Origin: Deltaproteobacteria bacterium RIFCSPLOWO2_12_FULL_60_19
GTDB taxonomy: Bacteria; Desulfobacterota; Binatia; UBA9968
NCBI GenBank assembly: GCA_001798595.1
Contig: MGSS01000037.1
Location: 33,477-97,476, forward strand
Length of the DNA: 64,000 nt
Direction of reading: 5' to 3'
Position 1 is the stretch's first letter; each line of letters begins with the position of its first letter. The position numbers and the translations under genes are program-made. This document shows, one piece after another, positions 1 through 10,272 of this stretch. The notes below the pieces were generated by a model. That model searched no databases. It worked only from the letters and a program-made list of their open reading frames with translations, and was not told where the DNA came from.

Positions 1-1
1 G

Positions 2-958
<957 letters not shown>

Positions 959-1002
959 GAGAGCTGAAAAATTGCGCCTTGCTTAATGTCCGTCAAGGGA
1001 AG

Positions 1003-1045
1003 GCCCCTGGTCCCCCATGCGTTGCGTTGAGGACGGGGGCTTTTT
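1003..1045 (+). terminator. Putative intrinsic terminator/attenuator between dnaK and dnaJ
   Basis: Imperfect GC stem GCCCCTGGTCC...GGACGGGGGC followed by TTTTT. Confidence 0.5.
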
Positions 1046-1080
1046 CGTTATATAAACTGACATCGGGTTGAGGTTCACGC

Positions 1081-2193
1081 TTGAACGGAAAGAAAGACTA
1101 CTACGAGCTGCTGGGCGTGAGTCGCAGCGCCAACGAGGAGGAGATCAAGAAGGCTTACCGCAAGCTGGCGCTCAAGCACCACCCGGACCGCAACCCCGGA
1201 GACAGACAGGCCGAGGAAAAATTCAAGGAGATATCGGAGGCGTACCAGGTCCTGGCGGACGCGGAGAAACGCGCCCAATACGATCAGTACGGCCACGCGG
1301 CGTTCGGCGATGGCGGGCCGTTCCGCGGCGGCTTCGATTTTACCGGCGGCTTTGAAGACATCTTTGGCGATATTTTCGGCGAGTTCTTCGGCGCCGGAAC
1401 CGGCCGCCGGCGCGGACGGGCGCGCGGCGACGATCTCCGCTACAACCTGACGATCGGTTTCGAAGAGGCCGCCTTCGGCGCGGACAAAAAGATCAAAATC
1501 CCCCGCCAGGCGCCGTGTGAAGCCTGCCACGGGAGCGGCTGCAAGCCGGGCGCCGCGCCGCGAACTTGCTCCACGTGCCACGGCCGGGGACAGGTAAGCT
1601 TTCAGCAGGGCTTTTTCACCGTCTCGCGCACCTGCACCCAGTGTCACGGCCAGGGAACCACGATCGCCGACCCGTGCGGGTTGTGCGGCGGCGCGGGCCG
1701 CCTGCGCAAGCTACATACCCTGAGTGTCAAGATACCGGCGGGAGTCGATGCCGGCTCGCGGCTGAAACTTCGAGGCGAAGGCGAGAGCGGTCCCGCGGGA
1801 GGGCCGGCCGGCGATCTTTACGTCGTCATCGAGGTGGAACCCCACCCGCTGTTTGTGCGGGACGGCCTCGACATCATCTGCGAGGTGCCGATCAGCTTCG
1901 TGCAGGCCGCGCTCAGCGCCGAGATCGACGTCCCGACGCTCGAAGGAAAAGTCAAAATGAAAATTCCGACCGCCACGCAATCGGGAAAGGTTTTCCGCTT
2001 GAAGGGCAAAGGGGTCCGCGACGTCCAGGGCTACCACCAGGGAGACCAACTGGTGCGAATCTCGGTGGAGACGCCGACGCACTTGACCGCGCGGCAGAAG
2101 GAGTTGCTCAAGGAATTCGCCGCCCTTGGAGGAGAGGAAGTTCACCCCCTCTCGAAAGGTTTTTTTGACAAGGTCAAGCAGCTATTCGGCTAA
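1081..2193 (+). CDS. dnaJ: Chaperone DnaJ
   Basis: J-domain with HPD, G/F-rich linker, four CxxCxGxG repeats; TTG start. Confidence 0.97.
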   Translation: MNGKKDYYELLGVSRSANEEEIKKAYRKLALKHHPDRNPGDRQAEEKFKEISEAYQVLADAEKRAQYDQYGHAAFGDGGPFRGGFDFTGGFEDIFGDIFGEFFGAGTGRRRGRARGDDLRYNLTIGFEEAAFGADKKIKIPRQAPCEACHGSGCKPGAAPRTCSTCHGRGQVSFQQGFFTVSRTCTQCHGQGTTIADPCGLCGGAGRLRKLHTLSVKIPAGVDAGSRLKLRGEGESGPAGGPAGDLYVVIEVEPHPLFVRDGLDIICEVPISFVQAALSAEIDVPTLEGKVKMKIPTATQSGKVFRLKGKGVRDVQGYHQGDQLVRISVETPTHLTARQKELLKEFAALGGEEVHPLSKGFFDKVKQLFG

Positions 2194-2327
2194 GCGCGCG
2201 CCGTTTCGTGAACCTCCCCCGTTTCTCGGCGCCCCGATGAGGTTCCGCTTCGTGTTCCGACCCCGAAGATTTTTATTGACGAGCGCCACCAGTGTGATTA
2301 ACTACGCTAGACGAGGGGCCAATAGCC

Positions 2328-4817
2328 ATGACTGAAGCCCAGTGGAACCTGGAAGGGCAAGAGACCAAGGAAGCGCAAGTGGAGATCCCCGATCTCCTGC
2401 CGCTGCTGCCGATCCGCGACATCGTCATCTATCCCTACATGATGCTGCCGCTGTTCGTCGGCCGGGACATGTCGATTCGCGCGGTGGAGGAGTCCCTCTC
2501 GCGCCAGCGGCTGATCTTTCTCGTGGCGCAGAAGAACTCGGCGGAGGACAACCCCGTGCCTAACGATATCTATCGCGTCGGCACCGTCGCCTCCATCATG
2601 CGCGTGCTCAAGCTGGCCGACGGCCGCGTCAAGATTCTCGTCCAGGGGCTGTCGAAGGGCGAACTGGAGAGCTATGTCCGCGAACAGCCGTTCTTCGAGG
2701 TCAAAATTCGCAAGGTCACCGAGATCGCGTCGTCGGAGGTGTCGATCGAGGTCGAAGCCTTGATGCGCAACGTCAAGGAGAAGATCGAGCAAATCCTCAA
2801 CCTCAAGAACCTGCCGCCCGAGATCGTGATGGTCACCGACAACATCAGCGATCCCGGCGTGCTCGCCGACCTGGTCGCCTCCAATCTCCGCCTGAAGATC
2901 GAAGAGAGCCAGGCGATCCTGGAGATCTTCGATCCGGTGGCGCGCCTAAAAAAAGTGAACGAGCTGCTTAGCCGCGAGCTTGAGCTCTCAACCGTGCAGG
3001 CGCGCATCCAGAACCAGGCCAAGGAGGAGATGAGCAAGACGCAGCGGGATTATTTCCTCCGCGAGCAGCTCAAGCAGATCCAGCAGGAGCTCGGCGAAGG
3101 GGATGAGCGGGCGGAAGAGGTCAAGGAGATCAAGAAACAGATCGAGAAAGCCAAAATGCCGGGGGAGGTCAAGCGGGAGGCCGACAAGCAGCTCAAGCGC
3201 CTGGAGCAGATGCACCCGGAATCTTCGGAGGCCTCCCTGGTGCGGACCTATCTCGACTGGCTGGTCGATCTCCCCTGGAGCAAGCGGACTAAAGACAACC
3301 TCAATATCAAGAAAGCGAAGTTGGTCCTCGACGAGGACCATTACAATCTGGAGAAGATCAAGGAGCGGATCCTCGAGTATCTCGCGGTCAACAAGCTAAA
3401 ACGCAAGATCAAGGGGCCGATCCTCTGCTTCGTCGGACCGCCGGGAGTCGGCAAGACCTCGCTCGGAAAGTCGATCGCGCGCGCGCTCAGAAGGGGCTTC
3501 GTGCGCATCTCCCTTGGGGGCATCCGCGACGAGGCGGAGATCCGCGGCCACCGGCGCACCTACGTCGGCGCGCTGCCCGGAAGAATCATCCAGGGCATCA
3601 AGCAGGCCGGCTCCAACAACCCGGTTTTCATGCTCGATGAGATCGATAAAGTGGGAACCGATTTTCGCGGCGATCCTTCGGCCGCGCTGCTCGAGGTCCT
3701 CGACCCGGAGCAGAATAACGCCTTCAGCGACCACTATCTGAATCTGCCGTTCGATCTTTCCAATGTCCTGTTTATCTGCACCGCCAATTTGCTGGACCCG
3801 GTGCCGCCGGCGCTGGCCGATCGTATGGAGGTACTCCAACTTTCCGGCTACACCAACGAGGAGAAGCTGGAGATCGCCCGCAAGTTCCTCGTTCCCAGGC
3901 AACTCAGCGACAACGGGATCTCGGAGAAATATCTGGAGCTCTCCGACGATGCGGTTCTGCGGATCATCGCTCAATACACCAAAGAGGCGGGGCTTAGAAA
4001 CGTCGAGCGGGAGATCGCCTCGATCTGTCGCAAGGTGGCGCGCCGGATCGCGGAGGGCAAAAAAGAGCTCACGCGCGTGACCCGCGCCAATCTCCATCTG
4101 TTCCTGGGCCCGCCGAAGTTCCTTCCCGAAACCGAGCAGGAGCAGCACGAGATCGGCGTCGCCACCGGTTTGGCGTGGACCAGCGCGGGCGGCGAGGTGC
4201 TCTATGTCGAAGCGTCGCTCTCCAAGGGTCGAGGAAATCTCACCCTGACAGGTCAACTGGGCGACGTGATGAAGGAATCCGCCCAGGCGGCGGTCAGCTA
4301 TGCCCGCTCCCAGGCGAAACAACTCGGCATTGAGGAAGACTTCTATCAGAAGCTCGATATCCACATCCACGTGCCCGCCGGCGCCATTCCCAAAGACGGC
4401 CCTTCGGCCGGCATCACGATGGCGACGGCGTTGATCTCGGCGCTGACGAAACGGCCGGTGAGTCGAGACGTCGCCATGACTGGCGAGATCACGCTGCGCG
4501 GCCACGTCTTGCCCGTAGGCGGTCTTAAAGAAAAAACGCTGGCGGCGTTCCGCGCCGGCGTCAAGACCATCGTCATCCCCGAGCGCTGCGAGAAAGACCT
4601 GGAGGAAATTCCCAAGCACCTCCGCCGCAAACTCAAGCTGATCGTGGCCAAAAACATGGGAGATGTCCTCAACGCGGCCCTGCTTCCCAAGGAGGCTCGA
4701 CGGCCGTCCGCCGCTCTGAGCGCCGCGAAAAAACCACTTCACGGGAGAGGGCCCAAGCGGAAAGAGAAGCCGCTTGAGAAGGTTGGCCGGGTAGGCGTCG
4801 TGCCGCTCCGGGCGTAG
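2328..4817 (+). CDS. lon: ATP-dependent Lon protease
   Basis: Lon N domain, Walker A GPPGVGKTS, RRTYVGALPG, catalytic PKDGPSAG. Confidence 0.98.
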   Translation: MTEAQWNLEGQETKEAQVEIPDLLPLLPIRDIVIYPYMMLPLFVGRDMSIRAVEESLSRQRLIFLVAQKNSAEDNPVPNDIYRVGTVASIMRVLKLADGRVKILVQGLSKGELESYVREQPFFEVKIRKVTEIASSEVSIEVEALMRNVKEKIEQILNLKNLPPEIVMVTDNISDPGVLADLVASNLRLKIEESQAILEIFDPVARLKKVNELLSRELELSTVQARIQNQAKEEMSKTQRDYFLREQLKQIQQELGEGDERAEEVKEIKKQIEKAKMPGEVKREADKQLKRLEQMHPESSEASLVRTYLDWLVDLPWSKRTKDNLNIKKAKLVLDEDHYNLEKIKERILEYLAVNKLKRKIKGPILCFVGPPGVGKTSLGKSIARALRRGFVRISLGGIRDEAEIRGHRRTYVGALPGRIIQGIKQAGSNNPVFMLDEIDKVGTDFRGDPSAALLEVLDPEQNNAFSDHYLNLPFDLSNVLFICTANLLDPVPPALADRMEVLQLSGYTNEEKLEIARKFLVPRQLSDNGISEKYLELSDDAVLRIIAQYTKEAGLRNVEREIASICRKVARRIAEGKKELTRVTRANLHLFLGPPKFLPETEQEQHEIGVATGLAWTSAGGEVLYVEASLSKGRGNLTLTGQLGDVMKESAQAAVSYARSQAKQLGIEEDFYQKLDIHIHVPAGAIPKDGPSAGITMATALISALTKRPVSRDVAMTGEITLRGHVLPVGGLKEKTLAAFRAGVKTIVIPERCEKDLEEIPKHLRRKLKLIVAKNMGDVLNAALLPKEARRPSAALSAAKKPLHGRGPKRKEKPLEKVGRVGVVPLRA

Positions 4818-5810
4818 ATGAAATTAAGCAAAGTAGGGGAATTCGGCCTGATCGAAAGAATCAGCCGGGCCGCCCCCAAAGGCCGCGGCGTGCGCGTCGG
4901 GATCGGCGACGATGCGGCATGGCTGGACTCCAAGAACGAAAATCTCCTCCTCACCACCGATCTCCTCATCGAAGGAGTTCACTTCGACCTCAGTTGGACT
5001 TCGTTCTACGCGCTCGGCTACAAGACACTCGCCGTGAACTTGAGCGACATCGCCGCGATGGGGGGCCGCCCCGCGTATCTCACCCTCTCTCTGGCCGTCC
5101 CGGTTGACTTTAGAGTCGAGGATGTAGAAGAATTTTACCGTGGGATTTTAAAGCTCGCCTCCCGAAACGGGGTGTCGCTCGTGGGAGGAGATACGAGCCG
5201 GGCCGACCGTCTGTATATCAGCGCCGCCCTGATCGGCCGCTGTCCGTGGGCGCCGGTCACGCGCGGCGGCGCCAAGCCGGGCGATGATATCTACGTCACC
5301 GGAACTTTAGGGGACTCCGCGCTGGGACTTGATTGCCTCAGAAAGAAAGACCGAAAACGAAGTAAGAAGGCTGCCGAATATCTCATCTCGCGCCACCGGT
5401 TCCCGACCGCCCGGCTGGAGGCGGGAGCACTCCTGGCGCGGGAAAGACTGGCGCGGGCGATGATCGACGTGAGCGACGGCTTGGTGCAGGATCTGTCCCA
5501 TATCTGTAAAGCCAGCCGCGTTGGTGCGGTGATTTGGGAGGAAAGCGTGCCGCTTTCTCCAGCTTATAGAAGTCTCGCCGCGCGGCGCGGCACGCGCTAC
5601 GCTTTAACCGGCGGCGAGGACTACGAGCTGCTGTTCTGCGCTCGACCAAGAGACCGAGGCCGCCTGGAAAAAATCAAAGGCCGGTTGGGAGTCCCGATCG
5701 CGCGCATCGGCCGATGCCTGCGTGACAGTCAAGGCGTAAAAGTCATCGACCGTTTTGGCAAGCCGCTCTCTTATCCGGTGACGGGCCACGACCATTTTAG
5801 GGTAAGCTAA
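4818..5810 (+). CDS. thiL: Thiamine-monophosphate kinase
   Basis: GEFGLI, GIGDDAA, VNLSDIAAMGG, DVSDGL, GGEDYEL motifs. Confidence 0.95.
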   Translation: MKLSKVGEFGLIERISRAAPKGRGVRVGIGDDAAWLDSKNENLLLTTDLLIEGVHFDLSWTSFYALGYKTLAVNLSDIAAMGGRPAYLTLSLAVPVDFRVEDVEEFYRGILKLASRNGVSLVGGDTSRADRLYISAALIGRCPWAPVTRGGAKPGDDIYVTGTLGDSALGLDCLRKKDRKRSKKAAEYLISRHRFPTARLEAGALLARERLARAMIDVSDGLVQDLSHICKASRVGAVIWEESVPLSPAYRSLAARRGTRYALTGGEDYELLFCARPRDRGRLEKIKGRLGVPIARIGRCLRDSQGVKVIDRFGKPLSYPVTGHDHFRVS

Positions 5811-5843
5811 CCGCTTGGTTTATTGAGGCTGAAGCATGACACC

Positions 5844-5952
5844 GTGCCGATCGAGGGGGCGAGTCACGACGGGCGAGGGCACCGAACGCGAAGGTTGCCT
5901 AAAGGTAGTGCCCTATTGCCCTCGACCGGAGGGGCTCGTCCCCGAGAACGCG
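5844..5952 (+). repeat. Structured intergenic hairpin repeat, family A, copy 1
   Basis: By manual alignment 98/109 nt identical to 34573-34681; reverse-complement match at 44088-44185. Confidence 0.9.
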
Positions 5953-6022
5953 AATACTCCGACCTAGTCTGTAATCTACCTTACGCAAGCAACCCTCCGT
6001 CGAAACGACAGGAAACCCGGAC

Positions 6023-6772
6023 ATGGACGCTGACTTGCTGGCACAACTGCTAGAGAGGGTTCGGCAGGGCAGGGTCTCGGTGAAGCGGGCGCTCGATCGC
6101 CTGCGCCATCTTCCCTTCGAAGATCTGGGCTTCGCCAAGGTGGATCACCACCGCTCGCTCCGTCAGGGATTTCCTGAAGTCATCATGGGCCAGGGAAAAA
6201 GCGCGGCGGACATCGCCGCCATCGCCCGCACAATGCGCCGGCGGCGCGCCAACGTGTTGATTACCCGCCTTTCCTCCGAAAAGATGGCTCAGATGAAAAA
6301 ATCCCTGAGAGGCTTTCGCTACCATCCGCGAGCCGGGGCCGCCACCTGGAGCCGAGGGAACATCCGAATACGCGGTCGCGGAACGATCCTGGTCGTTTGC
6401 GCCGGCACCTCGGACATTCACGTCGCCGAGGAGGCCGCGCTCACGGCGGAGATGACGGGCAATCGGGTAGAGCGGCTCTACGACGTCGGTGTGGCGGGGT
6501 TGCACCGGTTATTGGATAACCGCGCCAAACTATTTTCCGCCGCAGTGTTGATCGTCGTGGCGGGCATGGAAGGGGCGCTGCCGAGTGTGGTGGCCGGCCT
6601 GGTCGACAAACCGGTTATCGCGGTGCCGACCAGCGTGGGCTACGGCGCAAGTTTCCACGGCCTAGCCGCGCTTTTAGGCATGCTCAATTCCTGCGCCGCG
6701 GGAGTGATCGTGGTCAATATCGACAACGGCTTCGGGGCGGGCTTTGCAGCGAGCCTCATCAATCGGGTATAA
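6023..6772 (+). CDS. larB: Nickel-pincer cofactor biosynthesis protein LarB (PurE-like)
   Basis: [56 protein letters not shown]. Confidence 0.93.
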   Translation: MDADLLAQLLERVRQGRVSVKRALDRLRHLPFEDLGFAKVDHHRSLRQGFPEVIMGQGKSAADIAAIARTMRRRRANVLITRLSSEKMAQMKKSLRGFRYHPRAGAATWSRGNIRIRGRGTILVVCAGTSDIHVAEEAALTAEMTGNRVERLYDVGVAGLHRLLDNRAKLFSAAVLIVVAGMEGALPSVVAGLVDKPVIAVPTSVGYGASFHGLAALLGMLNSCAAGVIVVNIDNGFGAGFAASLINRV

Positions 6773-6782
6773 GTAGCATACC

Positions 6783-7094
6783 ATGCAGTGCTCCCACTGT
6801 GGCCGAGAGGTGAGCGAGACACGGCATACTCAGAAGGGATACCGCTTGGATTACTATGTCCTCCACACCGGACACGCCGAGAGGGTCTTTATCAAGAACC
6901 CCAAGGACGACCTGGTTACGCTCCACTACCTCAAGCTCAGCCAACCCGTGGATATTCTAAGCTGCGCTCAATGCTACGAGAGACCCGAGATCAGAAAACG
7001 CCTGGATGACGACTTTGACGGGCTCCGGTCTATCTTGGATGCGGAGCCGGTGAAAAATCGGGGGGAGAATCAGCTCGAGAACTGCCATGGCTAA
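6783..7094 (+). CDS. Hypothetical protein with two CxxC pairs (putative Zn-binding)
   Basis: CSHC at N-terminus and CAQC; fills gap in operon and overlaps archease start. Confidence 0.7.
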   Translation: MQCSHCGREVSETRHTQKGYRLDYYVLHTGHAERVFIKNPKDDLVTLHYLKLSQPVDILSCAQCYERPEIRKRLDDDFDGLRSILDAEPVKNRGENQLENCHG

Positions 7095-7512
7095 CGATCA
7101 AAGATACCGCACCTTCAATCGCTCGTCGGACCTCGCCGTCAAGATCTTCGGCAAGACTCAAGCCGAGCTTTTCGCCAACTCCGCCTTCGCCCTCTTCGAC
7201 ATCATGACGGACGTGAAAACGATCGACCTCCACGATCATCTCCCCCTCGAAGTGGAAGGAGCGGACCGCGACGACCTGATGGTCAATTGGATGCGCGAGC
7301 TGCTCTACCTCTATCAGGGGAGCGGCTATCTGTTGAAGGAATTCCAGGTCCACGAGGTGAAGGACAACTACATCCGCGGCGAGGTGCGCGGCGAGAAATT
7401 CGACCCCGACCGCCACGAGATCCAGCGTGAGATTCGCGCCGTCGTCCCGCACCACGGCCGGATGGAGAAGACCGGCGATCGATGGACGGCTCAAGTAGTG
7501 TTGGAACTCTAA
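7087..7512 (+). CDS. Archease-family protein (divergent motifs)
   Basis: 141 aa; G(K)TQAELFANSAFALFD, WMRELLY, GEKFDPDRH, EIRAV pattern typical of the archease fold. Confidence 0.85.
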   Translation: MANDQRYRTFNRSSDLAVKIFGKTQAELFANSAFALFDIMTDVKTIDLHDHLPLEVEGADRDDLMVNWMRELLYLYQGSGYLLKEFQVHEVKDNYIRGEVRGEKFDPDRHEIQREIRAVVPHHGRMEKTGDRWTAQVVLEL

Positions 7513-7519
7513 AAGCGCT

Positions 7520-8920
7520 ATGACGCAGCCAACTGCAACCGAGTACGAAGGCACGGCCTTGGTGGCCGATCCGATTCATCGCTACATCCAGTTCACCGTG
7601 CCGGTGACCAAGGGGGAGGTGACGGAGAAGCACATCATCGACTCACCCTGGATGCAACGACTCCGCTATATCTACCAGCTCCAGGGCGCCCGTTGGGTCT
7701 ACCCCTCGGCGGAACACAGCCGCTTCCAGCATTCCGTCGGCGCGATGCATCTGGCCGGCGAGTTCGCCAAGCACCTCTATCCCTCGCTCCGCCAGGTGTT
7801 GGGGAGCGAATGTCCCTCGCTCCCGTTGGTCGAAGCCTACATGCGGATCACCGGCCTGCTCCACGACGTGGGTCACGGGCCGTTCGGCCATTTCTTCGAT
7901 GACAACTTTTTGATCGACTTCAAGATCACCCACGAGGACCTGGGCCAGGCAATCATCCAAAAACATCTCGGCGAGTTAATCGAGCAACTGCGGCGCAGCC
8001 CCAGCGGCCCGTTTGCCTCGGGCGAAGAGCTTAAGCCGGAAGAGATCGCCTTTCCGATCAAGAAAGACGGCAAGGAAGACCAGCAGAAGCCCCGCTGGGT
8101 GAGGCTCCTTCAGCCGCTGACCAACGGCATCTTCACCTTCGACAATCTCGACTACGTGTCGCGCGACTCCTACATGTGCGGCGTGGCGGTCGGCCCGATC
8201 GACCGCGAGCGGCTGATCCACTACACTTTTTTCTCGCCCAAAGGGCTCACGCTGCACAAGGCGGGAAACGCCGCGCTCACCATGTTCCTCAACACGCGGC
8301 TCTATCTTTACACCAACGTCTACTACCACCGCACGACGCGGGCCATCGACCTCCACCTGCGCGAGCTGTTTCCCGAAACGATGAAGCTCATCTTTCCCGG
8401 CAACCCGCTGGAGCACATGGAACAGTATCTGCGCCTGACCGATTGGTCGCTGCTCGAAGAGGTCGCCCGCTGGCGGCGCGGCAACGCGCACGTCGAGCTG
8501 GCGCGCGAGTGGGGCAGGATCTGCGACCGGGACATCAAATGGAAAATGGCTTACGATCGCACGCTGTCGCTGAACGAGCTGCGCTACGGCACGGCGCTGG
8601 TCCAGGACTCCGACTGGGAGAAGCGCATCCGCGCGGCGCTGCCGGCCTCGGCCGCCGATCTGGTTTTCCGCGTCGATACGGCGACGCAGGACCCGCGCCC
8701 GGAAAACCCCTTCGCCATGGGCAAGAAGCAGATCCACATCTACGACCCGTCGACGGGCGAGATCACCAAAGAATCCCTCTCCGAGCTGTTTGAGTTCATC
8801 CCTTCCAAGGTCGTCCAGTACCGGGTCTTCGCCCTCGACCACGAAAACGACCAACTGCTGGCGGAAGTCGCCGAAGCGGCGCTCAAAGGCGCCGCCCCGG
8901 CGGTGACAACGAGCGTGTGA
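7520..8920 (+). CDS. HD-domain phosphohydrolase (dNTP triphosphohydrolase/SAMHD1-like)
   Basis: DPIH, QRLR, HSRFQHS, LLHDVGHGPFGH, DNLDYVSRD, VYYHRT. Confidence 0.9.
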   Translation: MTQPTATEYEGTALVADPIHRYIQFTVPVTKGEVTEKHIIDSPWMQRLRYIYQLQGARWVYPSAEHSRFQHSVGAMHLAGEFAKHLYPSLRQVLGSECPSLPLVEAYMRITGLLHDVGHGPFGHFFDDNFLIDFKITHEDLGQAIIQKHLGELIEQLRRSPSGPFASGEELKPEEIAFPIKKDGKEDQQKPRWVRLLQPLTNGIFTFDNLDYVSRDSYMCGVAVGPIDRERLIHYTFFSPKGLTLHKAGNAALTMFLNTRLYLYTNVYYHRTTRAIDLHLRELFPETMKLIFPGNPLEHMEQYLRLTDWSLLEEVARWRRGNAHVELAREWGRICDRDIKWKMAYDRTLSLNELRYGTALVQDSDWEKRIRAALPASAADLVFRVDTATQDPRPENPFAMGKKQIHIYDPSTGEITKESLSELFEFIPSKVVQYRVFALDHENDQLLAEVAEAALKGAAPAVTTSV

Positions 8921-8952
8921 CAGGTGTACGCCGTTTCGAAAGCTCAAGCCCC

Positions 8953-10137
8953 ATGGCAAAAATCCCCATCGTAGATCTCAACGCCCAGTATCAAAATATC
9001 CGCGACGAACTCCGTCGCGCGATTGACGGCGTGCTGGAATCGCAGCGGTTTATCCTGGGGGTCGAGGTCGAGCGGTTTGAAAAAGAAGCGGCGGCCTTTC
9101 TCGGTTGCCGCGACGCGATCGGCGTCGCCTCGGGCAGCGACGCGCTCCTGCTCGCGCTCATGGCGCTCGGCATCGGCCCTCGCGACGGAGTTTTGGTTCC
9201 GACTTTCACCTTCTTCGCCACGGCATCCGCCGTTGCGCATCTGGGCGCAACGCCTGTGTTCGTCGATATTGAGCCTGAGAGTTATCTCATCAGCAACGAG
9301 CGAGTTGAGGCCGTCGTGAAAGAACGCTGCCTGATCGACGGCGAAGGGCTCGTGGAGAAGAAAAACGGCGTGCGCATCAGAGCGATTCTGCCGGTTCATC
9401 TTTTCGGCGAGGTCTGTGCGATGAGCGAGCTCGTGCCGTTAGCGGCGAAATATCGCCTGCGCGTGGTGGAGGATGTCGCCCAAGCTTTCGGCGCGCGGGT
9501 GGGGCTAACTGGCGGCGCCAAAGCCGCCGGCGCGATCGGCGACCTCGGATGCTTTTCATTTTTTCCGACGAAAAATCTGGGTGGCATCGGCGACGGGGGG
9601 CTGATTGTGACCGACCAAGCGGAGTTGGCGGAAAGGTTAAGGATGCTGCGCGTCCACGGAGAGAGCGCCAAATACACGCATCAGCTGATCGGCCTCAACT
9701 CGCGCCTGGACGCGATCCAGGCCGCGGTCCTCAGCGTCAAGCTCCGCCATCTGGATCGCTGGTGTACGGAGAGAGTCGAGCGCGCGCGCCGCTATCACGA
9801 GCTCTTCGTCGCAACCGGACTGATCGGCAAGGAAGTCGTTCGGCTCCCCGCCGCTGTAAATGGAACATCCCACGTCTTCAACTACTACGTAATCCGAGTC
9901 CGGCGGCGGGACGAACTCAGAACTTTTCTAGCAGAGCAGGGCGTCCAGACTGAAGTTTATTATCCTCTGCCCCTTCATTTGCAGCCCTGCTTCGCTTATC
10001 TCGGCTATCGCAAAGGCGACCTCCCCAACTCCGAGCGCGCCGCCGCCGAAGTCCTCGCCCTGCCGCTCTATCCGGAGCTGACCGCCGAGCAGCAACAGAC
10101 CGTGGTTCAGCAGATCGCTGAGTTCTACCGCAAGTAG
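8953..10137 (+). CDS. DegT/DnrJ/EryC1/StrS PLP-dependent sugar aminotransferase
   Basis: IPIVDL, SGSDAL, EDVAQAFG, SFFPTKNLG, NSRLDAIQAA; an upstream GTG at 8917 is an alternative start. Confidence 0.93.
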   Translation: MAKIPIVDLNAQYQNIRDELRRAIDGVLESQRFILGVEVERFEKEAAAFLGCRDAIGVASGSDALLLALMALGIGPRDGVLVPTFTFFATASAVAHLGATPVFVDIEPESYLISNERVEAVVKERCLIDGEGLVEKKNGVRIRAILPVHLFGEVCAMSELVPLAAKYRLRVVEDVAQAFGARVGLTGGAKAAGAIGDLGCFSFFPTKNLGGIGDGGLIVTDQAELAERLRMLRVHGESAKYTHQLIGLNSRLDAIQAAVLSVKLRHLDRWCTERVERARRYHELFVATGLIGKEVVRLPAAVNGTSHVFNYYVIRVRRRDELRTFLAEQGVQTEVYYPLPLHLQPCFAYLGYRKGDLPNSERAAAEVLALPLYPELTAEQQQTVVQQIAEFYRK

Positions 10138-10146
10138 CCTCGCTTT

Positions 10147-10213
10147 ACCCCGTACCACGCTTCCCGACGATAAGCGCCGCAAAGCCGACAGCGGCGACTA
10201 CGTGGTACGGGGT
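10147..10213. repeat. Small inverted-repeat element with perfect 13-bp arms
   Basis: ACCCCGTACCACG (10147-10159) and CGTGGTACGGGGT (10201-10213) enclosing a second CGCCGC/GCGGCG hairpin. Confidence 0.7.
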
Positions 10214-10272
10214 TTACCGCTCTTCCTCCGTGTGGTAGAAAGTTTGAATCTATTCGTTTTCAGGGAGAGATC

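Noticed and set aside
959-2327. CIRCE (HrcA) operator near dnaJ/lon
   Set aside because: No TTAGCACTC-N9-GAGTGCTAA match seen; the dnaK promoter is outside the window.
3396-4742. Long antisense ORFs (also 27674-28882, 28963-30393, 37255-38670, 39909-41219, 7976-8959)
   Set aside because: Shadow frames opposite well-supported genes, expected from high-GC codon bias.
5844-5952. Family-A repeat as a TPP or nickel riboswitch because it lies between thiL and larB
   Set aside because: Lacks the TPP CUGAGA core and recurs in unrelated contexts (atp operon, convergent spacers).
5823-6053. Small ORFs over the hairpin repeats (also 34545-34745, 37115-37345, 44120-44379, 11852-12190, 14154-14357, 62685-63020)
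   Set aside because: They are translations of non-coding repeats; frames are not conserved between repeat copies and no RBS is evident.
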